Below, piece after piece: positions 49,201-56,588 of a stretch of 64,000 nucleotides of DNA (position 1 is its first letter; the number at the start of each line of letters is the position of its first letter). The stretch lies in IMG/VR virus record IMGVR_UViG_3300033145_002422, one strand, 5' to 3'. Below the pieces are notes generated by a model. That model was not told where the DNA came from and made no database searches. It was given only the letters and a program-made list of their open reading frames with translations. Made by a program: the position numbers and the translations under genes. This DNA is from a virus (Duplodnaviria; Caudoviricetes).

Positions 49201-50205
49201 GAAGATGGTATTGTAAGTAGAAAAGAGCTTTCTGACAAGTCGAAGGCTGTTGTTCAGGAAAATGCTCAAGATACAAAAGAAATTCAACCAATTTCTGGGA
49301 AATCATCTATAGGTGGAGAGGATGAGTTTAAAGCCGATAAGCCTGATGTTCCATCTGGAAAAGGTACTATTGGAAAAGAAAATCCTCCAAAAGAAATTGA
49401 GCCTGTAGAGATTCCAGTTGGTAGCGAACCTATGGGTAATGAAGAATTAGAAGGTGGTGATGATAGAGCTACTGGCGGATCGGATGGAGCAGGAAATTCA
49501 AAGGCAGCAGGAATGCAGTCAACAAAAGAAAAGTTAGCTGGTCTTGCTGATAGAATAATTGAAGCTGGAGAGAAAAAGATTAAACCTAAGAAACCAGTTT
49601 CTGAAGATGAAGATATTCAGCCAATTTCTGGTGGTGAAAAGAGTAAGATTGGAAAAGAAGAAGCAATTAAAGAGAAAGACGTTGGTAAGGTAAAAACCGA
49701 TAGCGGATTCTTAGGAAAGGAAAAAGAATCTCTTCAGTCAAAACCAGATGATCCAAAAGATCAGCCAAGCATCCCAGCGGGTGGTGGCAAAATGAAAAAT
49801 GAAACTTTAGATCCTGAAAAACAGGATAGAGATAAAGGAACCGTAATTGCTGGTAGCAATAATGCGCCTAAGGTTCAGATCAATAAAGAAGCTTTTAGAA
49901 TTGCTGGCAGAATGATTGCTGAAGGCATGATTTCTCCTCAAAATCTTGAAACGAAGGTTTCTGAATTGAGCAAATATGAACTTCCTCAGTTGAAAGATAT
50001 TGAAAAGGGTATCTTTGCTTCTAGGAAAGGACTCGATACGGTATCTGACGGGTTAGAGCAATCCGTAGTCATTAATGAAACAAGCAACCAGAAGGCTGCT
50101 AAAACAGAGCTTTCTACTAAGTTGGCAGGCTTGTTTAGTTTAACAAGACAAAATGATTTGGCTCAAAAGACAGATATCGAAATGCAGAATGCTTTCGGTA
50201 GATAA
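43219..50205 (+). CDS. Prohead protease fused to a very long scaffold/core region, intein-containing
   Basis: NDNGDAF.EEEL, F.NHQN (His), GTSMG|C (Ser), CSIC, EDSFV.NPA; acidic C-terminal region; directly upstream of the capsid genes. Confidence 0.82.
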   Translation: MSIIKKAIKIGEMVEFETLNKPKWLEYNMSKFASMNMSSDGLGGFDLKNAISKNPDHLFAKIFAIKKDEVNDNGDAFPEEELRLAAETFIGVPIFCNHQNDDIEKARGKCVHAWYDESKGGIYIISMVDRVAYPRLARGIEQGYVNGTSMGASRGHDLVLMSNGDNRRVDKLVVDDEIVTHSGKKEKVKVICKTQEHEELYNITWNGGNSLALSYEHPVLILSQEDIYYTCPNGKKYRKTIEDINNIKAVFREASLVKTGDYVLEYINNDVKNIDGIDDDMAFILGVYAAEGYVSEKSVGFCFGLDEECINGNFTKLVKLLNEKYPECKIRIDKVIERNGLYIVTWNPELADNCKKYIGCGSHNKFVHNDLLTLDTEKQKIFLSAYLDGDGCIVRNRILKDGNSSGQGSMQVSSASERLLSGIRKICLRIKVPATLSAHERIASSSTIMNNNTEYTEYILYMTNSISEKLEKYSLKARNNKKAIQNKFDSFFYDNKKYIAHRVKSIEIINNDQPTYYVQIGDTDDSNSDHSYILNGIATHNCSVEYSVCSICHNKAHTADEYCEHIKNHKNRKHSGEIDCQFKKSLSKPAGDCPICGNSSGKLKHKEANVYEFNYGVKFIEDSFVVNPACHDCLVEDILNLSELARKVAYLKDRVEKLSSCPSGTCATNSNMIKAAGKKEIDDLHEAMDKIERVAKSMMSQKAHVSMEYVSDLVDALASVQSITDELIEMGYIQLPSPTTGVEEVELPKTSTGEVDEKIVPQPQMQQQMQQQPSIPTPPEVAAENIGELGSITKPKFSFENNEKNKKIKEDFLSKYANLKEQVVLLQSMLGKLYFDSTNNSTNKESKIMDNKKTSSSESEDIKVAEHSNDVITEKQLDAVETEGLGKRIDKSPDVIMEKELDKAPYTKVNFTNSDSPTERSGSYETITEDQLETISSINAARWNDFPEVITEKQWTEAHRAVGSVLSQDQSEVITEKQLVDFLDKHRYTTDLDIITEKQLDAAKTDQTQRWAYKYDAKSLVKKAEEVISDAIAYYNKTPDEVITAASYFNDSPKNIDKASLLVLINALPNKSANRNNEKKRYQYFSKLASSSVKTPNTIDSLIISMADHIGEVKADDLIQAVKHVANSEKSMRRINELVSIKLSSEIDNIKVLDKTSQLENAIKEIGKPEDGVYQVHASVEEIGVSSQNKKAFLKGVIKLANQEIANDIGEKIDTGLVKVDLDEENGVVVATLKDNNILTEEEKDSLIKTYAWLNSKDEAVVKDDEDKDICETKTDETDKAANVVASANKESLVKESQMFGGEMGGQGGASQAPGAGATLPQPPAAGAAQPPLESFEQSDLSIEPEDEMGSMQPKPPGTMCAVCGSDDVDVVKGEGKCNNCGAEFKYKVDIEITKYPGIMDNDTSDENQDVESSNTEEGMEAGLPAGEGFAMPEGGAPTAMPMAASVKNDSVRKFAGFAMMTQLKPEVVSKSKSVKIGSVSPITGSTNTLSLGNGIYACLDTGIKYKLSFAIQKDNPKNIYAEWRWNPATTVECEGCSRAKKAFVDSLKSIGMEENAFDALSLKEKGKTILAMKEKGLFNHIKTASKKSGSVIAEYKQAYGEFSDKFPIESCVEKLARRYGKDALALSGPCEGKPLADCVCNTLKKAGVFSYGLAMKVASIWTDKSGTVECLEDCVRQGFDLKQASSVCEALRAKYAQFDDQFADELESDFNDDDDDDINNTDDDVDVDVGFMDDNDPFEDEGSGSVTVSLPLEVLEQIDEAIDVAIGENAEGESHHNQEIPDVDVAVDIPEGAADVIDEVSDEALDENLDIDERSESDEIEEGDMSDGSEVDVVVDVPGDSTMNEDVKDLEGGEIDSYSGSKKGPGIPDGTGPGSRGDKKNLGVPDGTGPGRNSDECPFNEDKDEDEDEEKDEDEEKNKNNKGKNDEDSELDEEEPSDEGEEFKKGQDQIGTQSDMNEFESQANSMKSGYIGHTGEVNLDLSRVVELLNKKASEDGIVSRKELSDKSKAVVQENAQDTKEIQPISGKSSIGGEDEFKADKPDVPSGKGTIGKENPPKEIEPVEIPVGSEPMGNEELEGGDDRATGGSDGAGNSKAAGMQSTKEKLAGLADRIIEAGEKKIKPKKPVSEDEDIQPISGGEKSKIGKEEAIKEKDVGKVKTDSGFLGKEKESLQSKPDDPKDQPSIPAGGGKMKNETLDPEKQDRDKGTVIAGSNNAPKVQINKEAFRIAGRMIAEGMISPQNLETKVSELSKYELPQLKDIEKGIFASRKGLDTVSDGLEQSVVINETSNQKAAKTELSTKLAGLFSLTRQNDLAQKTDIEMQNAFGR
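43672..44841 (+). mobile_element. Ala1 intein with LAGLIDADG endonuclease (390 aa; class 2 candidate)
   Basis: SMG|ASRGHDLVLMSNG...SYEHP...NGIATHN|C; LGVYAAEG and AYLDGDG. Confidence 0.85.
45645..45675 (+). promoter_or_regulatory. Putative internal late promoter for the nested scaffold
   Basis: AGAGG-N18-CTAATTT within an AT-rich stretch of the CDS. Confidence 0.4.
45763..50205 (+). CDS. Putative nested in-frame scaffold protein (internal start Met849)
   Basis: AAGGAG 9 nt before an in-frame ATG; promoter-like motif at 45645. Confidence 0.55.
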   Translation: MDNKKTSSSESEDIKVAEHSNDVITEKQLDAVETEGLGKRIDKSPDVIMEKELDKAPYTKVNFTNSDSPTERSGSYETITEDQLETISSINAARWNDFPEVITEKQWTEAHRAVGSVLSQDQSEVITEKQLVDFLDKHRYTTDLDIITEKQLDAAKTDQTQRWAYKYDAKSLVKKAEEVISDAIAYYNKTPDEVITAASYFNDSPKNIDKASLLVLINALPNKSANRNNEKKRYQYFSKLASSSVKTPNTIDSLIISMADHIGEVKADDLIQAVKHVANSEKSMRRINELVSIKLSSEIDNIKVLDKTSQLENAIKEIGKPEDGVYQVHASVEEIGVSSQNKKAFLKGVIKLANQEIANDIGEKIDTGLVKVDLDEENGVVVATLKDNNILTEEEKDSLIKTYAWLNSKDEAVVKDDEDKDICETKTDETDKAANVVASANKESLVKESQMFGGEMGGQGGASQAPGAGATLPQPPAAGAAQPPLESFEQSDLSIEPEDEMGSMQPKPPGTMCAVCGSDDVDVVKGEGKCNNCGAEFKYKVDIEITKYPGIMDNDTSDENQDVESSNTEEGMEAGLPAGEGFAMPEGGAPTAMPMAASVKNDSVRKFAGFAMMTQLKPEVVSKSKSVKIGSVSPITGSTNTLSLGNGIYACLDTGIKYKLSFAIQKDNPKNIYAEWRWNPATTVECEGCSRAKKAFVDSLKSIGMEENAFDALSLKEKGKTILAMKEKGLFNHIKTASKKSGSVIAEYKQAYGEFSDKFPIESCVEKLARRYGKDALALSGPCEGKPLADCVCNTLKKAGVFSYGLAMKVASIWTDKSGTVECLEDCVRQGFDLKQASSVCEALRAKYAQFDDQFADELESDFNDDDDDDINNTDDDVDVDVGFMDDNDPFEDEGSGSVTVSLPLEVLEQIDEAIDVAIGENAEGESHHNQEIPDVDVAVDIPEGAADVIDEVSDEALDENLDIDERSESDEIEEGDMSDGSEVDVVVDVPGDSTMNEDVKDLEGGEIDSYSGSKKGPGIPDGTGPGSRGDKKNLGVPDGTGPGRNSDECPFNEDKDEDEDEEKDEDEEKNKNNKGKNDEDSELDEEEPSDEGEEFKKGQDQIGTQSDMNEFESQANSMKSGYIGHTGEVNLDLSRVVELLNKKASEDGIVSRKELSDKSKAVVQENAQDTKEIQPISGKSSIGGEDEFKADKPDVPSGKGTIGKENPPKEIEPVEIPVGSEPMGNEELEGGDDRATGGSDGAGNSKAAGMQSTKEKLAGLADRIIEAGEKKIKPKKPVSEDEDIQPISGGEKSKIGKEEAIKEKDVGKVKTDSGFLGKEKESLQSKPDDPKDQPSIPAGGGKMKNETLDPEKQDRDKGTVIAGSNNAPKVQINKEAFRIAGRMIAEGMISPQNLETKVSELSKYELPQLKDIEKGIFASRKGLDTVSDGLEQSVVINETSNQKAAKTELSTKLAGLFSLTRQNDLAQKTDIEMQNAFGR

Positions 50206-50222
50206 TATAAGGAGATTTAATT

Positions 50223-50750
50223 ATGGCTCTAATCGAACAGTATCATGTTGTAGCAGATCAGTACCCTGTAGACCCAGATTGGACCACTGCTATTGAAGAA
50301 GGTTCTCTTGTAACAATTGATGCTAATGGTCTTGTTGCTCTTTGCAATGCGACTTTTAGAGTACTAGGTGTTGCTGGAGATACTCTATCTAGTTCTGCTT
50401 CTGGGACTCCATATGCTGCTAATATTATTGTTAGCGGTTCAGGAGCAGCTCGCTCAACAGAAAATAGAGTAAGTGATTTTTTCAATGAGACATTGGCATC
50501 CAGTTTGATGACAGTTTATCATAGCGGCGGAAGATTTGCAACTGACCAGTATGTTACTGCTGTTACTTTTGCACCTAGAGATATACTATACAGCAACGCT
50601 GCTGGTTTGTTTACTAACGTAAACGGTGGTGGTACTGTTGTTGGTACTTGTGTAGCAGCTCCATCGCTTTATCCTAGTGGGGTTCCAGGCACAGCGGTTG
50701 ATCAATCTATGTCTTTAGGAACGTTCCTAGACTTTATCTTAGATATATAA
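50223..50750 (+). CDS. Capsid decoration/cement protein (putative)
   Basis: AAGGAG SD; small Gly/Ala/Thr-rich beta protein between the scaffold and MCP genes; TDQY motif. Confidence 0.65.
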   Translation: MALIEQYHVVADQYPVDPDWTTAIEEGSLVTIDANGLVALCNATFRVLGVAGDTLSSSASGTPYAANIIVSGSGAARSTENRVSDFFNETLASSLMTVYHSGGRFATDQYVTAVTFAPRDILYSNAAGLFTNVNGGGTVVGTCVAAPSLYPSGVPGTAVDQSMSLGTFLDFILDI

Positions 50751-50855
50751 TCTAGTAGATTATATATTGATGTAGTTTTAGTTTTAGAATTATCTATCGT
50801 TTTGGGATTTGTAAAAAACGAATACCTAAAAATAGAAAATATAAGGAGATTAATT

Positions 50856-51725
50856 ATGGCTCTAGCAAAAAATAGTTTAACTGACCAAGAACGCGAGGAA
50901 ATTATCGCTCAAGCACTTTCAACGGATGAAGGTAGAGTTGCATTGGCGCAAGCCATGGTCGAACCAATCCGCAGAGCACTTGAGTATCAGGCTGTCGGTC
51001 GTAAGTTGCTTATGGTTGATGAACTTCCTCAGGGTGCTTTGGCTCGTTATGAAAGAGATGTTGCATCAACTGCACACATTATCTCTCGTAGGGGTGCTGT
51101 TCCTGATCAGATTACCGAAGGTGAAGAGCTTTTGGTTCCAACTTTTGAAATTGCTGCGAATCCAACGATTCGTTTGTCTGAAATCAAGGCTCGTAGATTC
51201 TACATTGTAGACCGTGCTCAGATTAAGGCAAAAGAAGCAATTCAGAAGGAAGAAGATACAAATATTTTCGCCGCTTTGTTAGCTGCTGCAACTGCTTCAG
51301 GTCAAACCGTGCTTAATCCAGGCGCTTTGACAATTGCTTCTGTTAATACAGCTTTCCGTCTTATTGAGCAGCACGATCTTGTTTGTACTAAGGTTGTCAT
51401 GCATGCTAACCAGTTCGCCACAGTTCGTACTTTCGGATTAACGTTCTACGATCAAGCAACTCAACGTGAAATTATCACTACTGGCCTTTATGGTCATATT
51501 TGGACTGCTGATATTCACGTTTCTAGCAGAATGCCAACAAATACCGTTCTTTGCACCGCTTCTCCTGATACTGTTGGAGCATTTCCAATTCGTCAGGATA
51601 TCACCGTCCTTCCGGCCGATGATCCTAAGAAGCTTCGTTTGGGTTGGGTAATCTATGAGGAAGTAGGAATTGCTGTAATCAACGATTACGCAACTTCACA
51701 GATTCTTGTAACTGCTGCTTCATAA
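50856..51725 (+). CDS. Major capsid protein (HK97 fold, 289 aa)
   Basis: Start moved to 50856 after AAGGAG; GRVALAQAMVEPIR..L.Y..VGRKLL.VDELPQG...VPTFEIA.NP; high-expression codon bias (cgt, atc, ttc). Confidence 0.88.
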   Translation: MALAKNSLTDQEREEIIAQALSTDEGRVALAQAMVEPIRRALEYQAVGRKLLMVDELPQGALARYERDVASTAHIISRRGAVPDQITEGEELLVPTFEIAANPTIRLSEIKARRFYIVDRAQIKAKEAIQKEEDTNIFAALLAAATASGQTVLNPGALTIASVNTAFRLIEQHDLVCTKVVMHANQFATVRTFGLTFYDQATQREIITTGLYGHIWTADIHVSSRMPTNTVLCTASPDTVGAFPIRQDITVLPADDPKKLRLGWVIYEEVGIAVINDYATSQILVTAAS

Positions 51726-51744
51726 TTGATGTAAAATATAAGTA

Positions 51745-51788
51745 AAAAAGAGAGTTATAGGCTAATAACCTATAGCTCTCTTTTTATT
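51745..51788 (+). terminator. Intrinsic terminator after the MCP gene
   Basis: aaaaagagagttatagg-ctaataa-cctatagctctcttttt. Confidence 0.85.
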
Positions 51789-51860
51789 TATAATAAAAAG
51801 GAAAGTGAGAAGATTTTTTGGTATTATACCAGTATATAGGTGAAATAAAAAGGAATTTAT

Positions 51861-54026
51861 ATGCTAAAATCAAATTTAAATTATGGATTATCATTTTTAA
51901 CAGAGAATGTTATAGAAGCTATTGATGGATTTTTGCTTGGAGATGAAGGGATAAATGATTCTACAAATTCAGGTCATGTTGCCAGGTTTCAATGCGGAGT
52001 TCAATATAAAGAATTCGCTCAATATATGATGTCTTTTTTTAATCCGTATTCACCATCTGTAACACCTTATATTAATTCTTCTATGTCTAGCGGAATATGT
52101 TATAACGGTCGAACTTGTTCACATCCAGACATATATAGTCAATATTTTAGATGGTATGTTAATGATTATGATAAAAAACAACCACCTGATGACGTTAGGA
52201 TTACTCCATTGTCTGTTATGATATGGTATTTAGGAGATGGTTCTTTAGTTAAAACAAAAAGTTCAATTACAATTAGACTATCCACCGATGGTTTTGATAA
52301 AGAAAAAAATGAAATGTTGGTTGAAAAATTAAAATATTGTGGTATTAAAAGTAAGGTGAATAGTGACAATAGAATTCGTATAAATAATAATAGCATATCT
52401 GATTTTTTTAATTTTATAGGAAGGTCGTCTCCAATAGGTTGCTATCAATATAAGTTTGATTTACCAATATGGAGATTAGAATCTAAAAGAATGTCTATAG
52501 TTGCTAAAGAGATTGGTGTAAATTATAATAAATTATCGTATTGGGTTAAGAATGGTTTTGTTCCATGTTTAAGAACATCTGAAAAAGCAAGACCAAGATT
52601 TCTTACAGAGCATATATTAAAGATAAAAGAATATATAGAATTTGATAAAAATAATTCAAAAACAGAAAAAACCAGTATGACTAATTTTAAAAAATATGGG
52701 GTTGACAATGTTTTTCAATCTGAAGAGATAAAAGAAAAAATAAAACAATCCCACATGAAAAAATATGGTGTTGATCATCATATGAAAAATGATATAGTAA
52801 AGAATAAGATGATAAAAACTCTTATGGAAAAATATGGAGTTGATAATATTGCTAAGGATATTTCTATTCAAGAAAAGATGAAGAATACTAATAAAGATAG
52901 ATACGGATTTGATAATCCAATGCGGAATGAAGACATTGCTGAAAAATCTAAGATTTTGCATCAAGAAGTTGTTGAATATAATATAAATAATAATTATGAT
53001 TTGATAAATATATTGAGAAATGATGAATTTTGGCAAAAGATGAAAATGGAAAAATATACATTGAATGAATTATGTATAGAATATAATTTGAATTATGGAA
53101 GTTTAACAAATAGATTAGTATCTGACGAATTTTATAAAAAATATTACGAATGTTATTCGTTCCCTAAGCAGCAAAAACAAAAAAAGATATTTGATATACT
53201 AGTTAGTCTAGGTTTGCACCCCATAATGAATGATCGTTCTGTTATATCTCCATTAGAACTTGATATTTATATTCCAGATAAAAAAATAGCTATTGAGTTT
53301 AATGGAAGTTATTGGCATTCTGAAGCCTGCCTATCTTCTATCGAAGCGAGAAATAAACACATAAATAAATTAAAGTTATGCAGAGATAAAGGAATTCGTT
53401 TATTTAATATTTTTGAAAATACGTGGGATGATAGGAGTAAGCAGTATTTGAATTTAATTAAATCTGTATTAGGTTTGAATTCTATTAATATAGGTGCTAG
53501 AAAATGTAAAATAGATGAAAATATTTGTAAAGATTTTTATGATGAATATCACATACAAGGATATGGGAGAGGGACTATAAAATCTTTTAATTTAATGTAT
53601 GATAATAAAATTGTTGCATCTATATCAGCTTCTCATCATCATAGACAAAATACTAATAAAAGAAATATAGTATTAAATCGTTTATGTTTCAAGGATAATT
53701 ATAATGTTCAAGGAGGGGCAAGTAAATTGTTTGGTTGTTTAATTAAATGGGCTAAAAAAGAAATGTATCATAATATAATTTCTTTTTCTGATAATTGTTG
53801 GACGAATGGAAATATTTATAATATTTTGGGATTTGATTTTGTAAAGGAATATGGGCCTGATTATTTTTATTGGGATATTAAGAAAAGATGTTATAGATCG
53901 AAGCAATCTCAGAAAAAAAGTAATACAGGATGTTTAAAAAATCAAACAGAAAGAGATTGGTGTAAAGAAAATGGCTTGTTCAGGATTTATGATTGTGGAA
54001 AAAAAGTATGGAATTATGAATTATAG
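51861..54026 (+). CDS. Composite homing endonuclease (LAGLIDADG, KYGV repeats, PD-(D/E)XK domain)
   Basis: IDGFLLGDEG and WYLGDGS; KYGVD repeats; ELDIYIP...IAIEFNGSYWH; GGASKL...RIYDCG C-terminus. Confidence 0.8.
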   Translation: MLKSNLNYGLSFLTENVIEAIDGFLLGDEGINDSTNSGHVARFQCGVQYKEFAQYMMSFFNPYSPSVTPYINSSMSSGICYNGRTCSHPDIYSQYFRWYVNDYDKKQPPDDVRITPLSVMIWYLGDGSLVKTKSSITIRLSTDGFDKEKNEMLVEKLKYCGIKSKVNSDNRIRINNNSISDFFNFIGRSSPIGCYQYKFDLPIWRLESKRMSIVAKEIGVNYNKLSYWVKNGFVPCLRTSEKARPRFLTEHILKIKEYIEFDKNNSKTEKTSMTNFKKYGVDNVFQSEEIKEKIKQSHMKKYGVDHHMKNDIVKNKMIKTLMEKYGVDNIAKDISIQEKMKNTNKDRYGFDNPMRNEDIAEKSKILHQEVVEYNINNNYDLINILRNDEFWQKMKMEKYTLNELCIEYNLNYGSLTNRLVSDEFYKKYYECYSFPKQQKQKKIFDILVSLGLHPIMNDRSVISPLELDIYIPDKKIAIEFNGSYWHSEACLSSIEARNKHINKLKLCRDKGIRLFNIFENTWDDRSKQYLNLIKSVLGLNSINIGARKCKIDENICKDFYDEYHIQGYGRGTIKSFNLMYDNKIVASISASHHHRQNTNKRNIVLNRLCFKDNYNVQGGASKLFGCLIKWAKKEMYHNIISFSDNCWTNGNIYNILGFDFVKEYGPDYFYWDIKKRCYRSKQSQKKSNTGCLKNQTERDWCKENGLFRIYDCGKKVWNYEL

Positions 54027-54054
54027 AGGAAATGTTATATTTTTATGTAAATTA
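54025..54054 (+). promoter_or_regulatory. Putative phage late promoter
   Basis: AGAGG-N17-GTAAATT. Confidence 0.45.
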
Positions 54055-54062
54055 ATAATAAA

Positions 54063-54287
54063 GTGAAGAGCAAAAAATCTAAAAGAGAAAAGATATTTAT
54101 TGATTGGTTTATAAGAATAATGAGTGGAGATATTCCCATTTCAGAAGAATGGGTTAATAATAGATTATTTTTTTATTTTAAAGATGATTATCAAGTTAGT
54201 TTCACAAGAGAAGAAATGTCAGCTATATTACCAGAGATAGATATATTTTGTAAAGAGTTTAACAAATTATTGGATAATGAAGAATAA
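54063..54287 (+). CDS. Hypothetical protein
   Basis: GTG start just after a promoter-like motif; coupled to the next gene. Confidence 0.5.
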   Translation: MKSKKSKREKIFIDWFIRIMSGDIPISEEWVNNRLFFYFKDDYQVSFTREEMSAILPEIDIFCKEFNKLLDNEE

Positions 54288-55537
54288 TGAATTGGTATAA
54301 AGATTCTCAATATGATTCTCAATATATGGTTGAGGAGCAATATGATACTGATATTGGAGATCTTCCTCCAGTTGAGCCTCCAGGAGACGATGCTGGGGGA
54401 GACGATAGTGCTTATGAGCCAGATAACAATATGCAAAAAAAAATAGCAGAATGGTTTAGTAAAGAAGGATTTAAATTATTTAGTTCAGATATATTCGATT
54501 CTATAATGAATAATGTTGAACCAGAAGTAAAAGTCTATTCTCCTATTAAGAATTATCCTACAACTGATAATTTTAGTGTAAGAGGGGATGCCCAAATCAA
54601 TATTCGTTTTAAGGTTATGGAAAGCAATCCTATTTTAAGTACTTTGGAATTCAATGTAAGGATGGGTATATTAAACTCTTCTATGTGGAAATATTTAGGG
54701 ATTCCATATGAGAAGGCTACTAACTATCTAAATAATGGAATATTTATGCATATAGTTTTTTGGTCTGCATTAAGATCGGCTGTTAAAGAGGGTTCCAATA
54801 ACTGTGCTTTTTGGATGTATAATAATGCAGATCAATATATTAATCAATTAAAAGAAAGGATAGTTGATACAACATATGGTTTTGGTTTTAAAAATTCAGA
54901 TATTAATTCTATAACTATAGACAAGAATGGAAATCCTACTTGTGATGGAGATGTTTATATGAATAGTCTTAATGATCCAACTAGATCATTATTTATTGCT
55001 ACAAGACAGATGTATAGGTATTCTATATCTCCATGGTCATTTAGTCAGAAAGAAGCTACTGGTTTTGAAAGTTTAACTACTAAAAATCAAAAGAATGTAA
55101 TTAATGATTTATCTATGATTATTTCTGATATAGAAGATACGGATATTGTTAATAATTTAGATATTCAATTTTCAACCAGTGGTAAGTACATTCCTGCAAC
55201 AAGAGAAACCCCTCCGGAATATCCAGAAGTATATGTTGATTCCATAGAGCCTTCAAGGATATCGCAACAATTTAAGTTTGATGGAAGCGAATCTATTCTT
55301 AGTAGTTTTTCTCCAGATGATCTGAATATAATATTGAATTCGATTCCTAAAGATTTATTAAAAATGTTTATATATAAACAAGATACTACAGGAAGTGTAA
55401 CAACTTATTCATATGGGGAACCAGTAGAAGATGATGTAGATGTAGAGATTTTTATTAATATCGTTTCTGGGAATTCTATAAAAAATGGTGTAGAATTAGT
55501 ATTTGATATAGAGGGAGATCTTAAAGGATTCGGTTAA
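54287..55537 (+). CDS. Hypothetical protein (MNWYKDSQ start)
   Basis: ORF; PATRETPPEYPE motif. Confidence 0.65.
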   Translation: MNWYKDSQYDSQYMVEEQYDTDIGDLPPVEPPGDDAGGDDSAYEPDNNMQKKIAEWFSKEGFKLFSSDIFDSIMNNVEPEVKVYSPIKNYPTTDNFSVRGDAQINIRFKVMESNPILSTLEFNVRMGILNSSMWKYLGIPYEKATNYLNNGIFMHIVFWSALRSAVKEGSNNCAFWMYNNADQYINQLKERIVDTTYGFGFKNSDINSITIDKNGNPTCDGDVYMNSLNDPTRSLFIATRQMYRYSISPWSFSQKEATGFESLTTKNQKNVINDLSMIISDIEDTDIVNNLDIQFSTSGKYIPATRETPPEYPEVYVDSIEPSRISQQFKFDGSESILSSFSPDDLNIILNSIPKDLLKMFIYKQDTTGSVTTYSYGEPVEDDVDVEIFINIVSGNSIKNGVELVFDIEGDLKGFG

Positions 55538-55574
55538 ATTGTATGGTAGTGTAATATAGTTATTGGAGAAAATT

Positions 55575-55925
55575 ATGAAAATTATTAAAACGGCTCAAAT
55601 TACTGGTGTTTCCAAACAATCTCTTAAGAATAAAATCTATAAAGTAATAGGTCCAAATATTAAGGGGTTTTTTAACGACCAATCCTGGGAAGCGATTAGA
55701 AATAATATTTGGAATGTATTAGATAAAATGGGATTAGATTGGTCTATGACTGATGCAAGTTATGATGGTAATGTTCCTCCGCAAAGTAAGACTTGGAAAT
55801 TCGAAATTGATTTTACTAATAACAAGGGAAGACCAGACAAATTGTATGGAAATGTTGTAGCGGCAGGTGCCGGAAGCGTTTCAGATCCATTGGATCGTTA
55901 TGATATTACTTTTATTATAGGATAG
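55575..55925 (+). CDS. Hypothetical protein (MKIIKTAQ start)
   Basis: Start moved to 55575 after GGAG; AAGAGSV.DPL.RYD motif. Confidence 0.65.
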   Translation: MKIIKTAQITGVSKQSLKNKIYKVIGPNIKGFFNDQSWEAIRNNIWNVLDKMGLDWSMTDASYDGNVPPQSKTWKFEIDFTNNKGRPDKLYGNVVAAGAGSVSDPLDRYDITFIIG

Positions 55926-55930
55926 ATATT

Positions 55931-56233
55931 ATGAAAATTATAAAGACATCTAAAGCTAAAGCTAAAGATATTGAAAGAATTCCTGGAGGAAAAGCTAAAG
56001 GGCATGATTGTTCAGAATACGATAAAAATCAGCTATCCAAGGGTCTAAAGATAGAAAAAGAGCACGTAGAAGGTTCTGATCTTCCTAAAAAGGTTAAAGA
56101 CGAAGTAGCAAGAGAAATTTCGAAAGATCATTTGGAAGAGTCTCAGGATAAGAAAGGTAAAAAAGGTGGTAAGTATTATGATAAGTTGCAGAAATTAGAA
56201 AAACGAATTAAAGAAGAAATAGACGAAAAATAA
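55931..56233 (+). CDS. Conserved phage protein (DUF5661-like)
   Basis: GG.A...QL.KG.KIEKEH...A.EI.KDHL.E...YYDKL pattern. Confidence 0.65.
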   Translation: MKIIKTSKAKAKDIERIPGGKAKGHDCSEYDKNQLSKGLKIEKEHVEGSDLPKKVKDEVAREISKDHLEESQDKKGKKGGKYYDKLQKLEKRIKEEIDEK

Positions 56234-56234
56234 T

Positions 56235-56588
56235 ATGAATGAATTAAAAAGAAAAATAGCAGATAAGAGAAAATTCATTATTGACAAATATCTAAATGGA
56301 GATATTAGTAAAAGTGATAAAAAACAAGTTATAGAAGATTTTAATTATCTTTGTATTCCTTTTTGTGGACAATCCTGTATTCCTGAAAGAATATATACCG
56401 AAGGTATTGTAACAAAAACAAATATTGAAAAATTAAAAAAAGAAATTGATGAAATAGAAATATGTAAGTTGCCATCGCTTGGTTTTTATATACATGAGCT
56501 TCATGAGAAATGGCAATTATCATCAGATGATGCTAAGTATCTTCAGGGATATATATATTTCTCTTTTCTTAAAAGAGATATTAAGTGA
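56235..56588 (+). CDS. Hypothetical protein
   Basis: Operon position. Confidence 0.55.
   Translation: MNELKRKIADKRKFIIDKYLNGDISKSDKKQVIEDFNYLCIPFCGQSCIPERIYTEGIVTKTNIEKLKKEIDEIEICKLPSLGFYIHELHEKWQLSSDDAKYLQGYIYFSFLKRDIK

Noticed and set aside
50856-51725. Cellular encapsulin shell gene
   Set aside because: The short HK97-type protein lies in a terminase-portal-protease-decoration context, so it is a phage capsid protein
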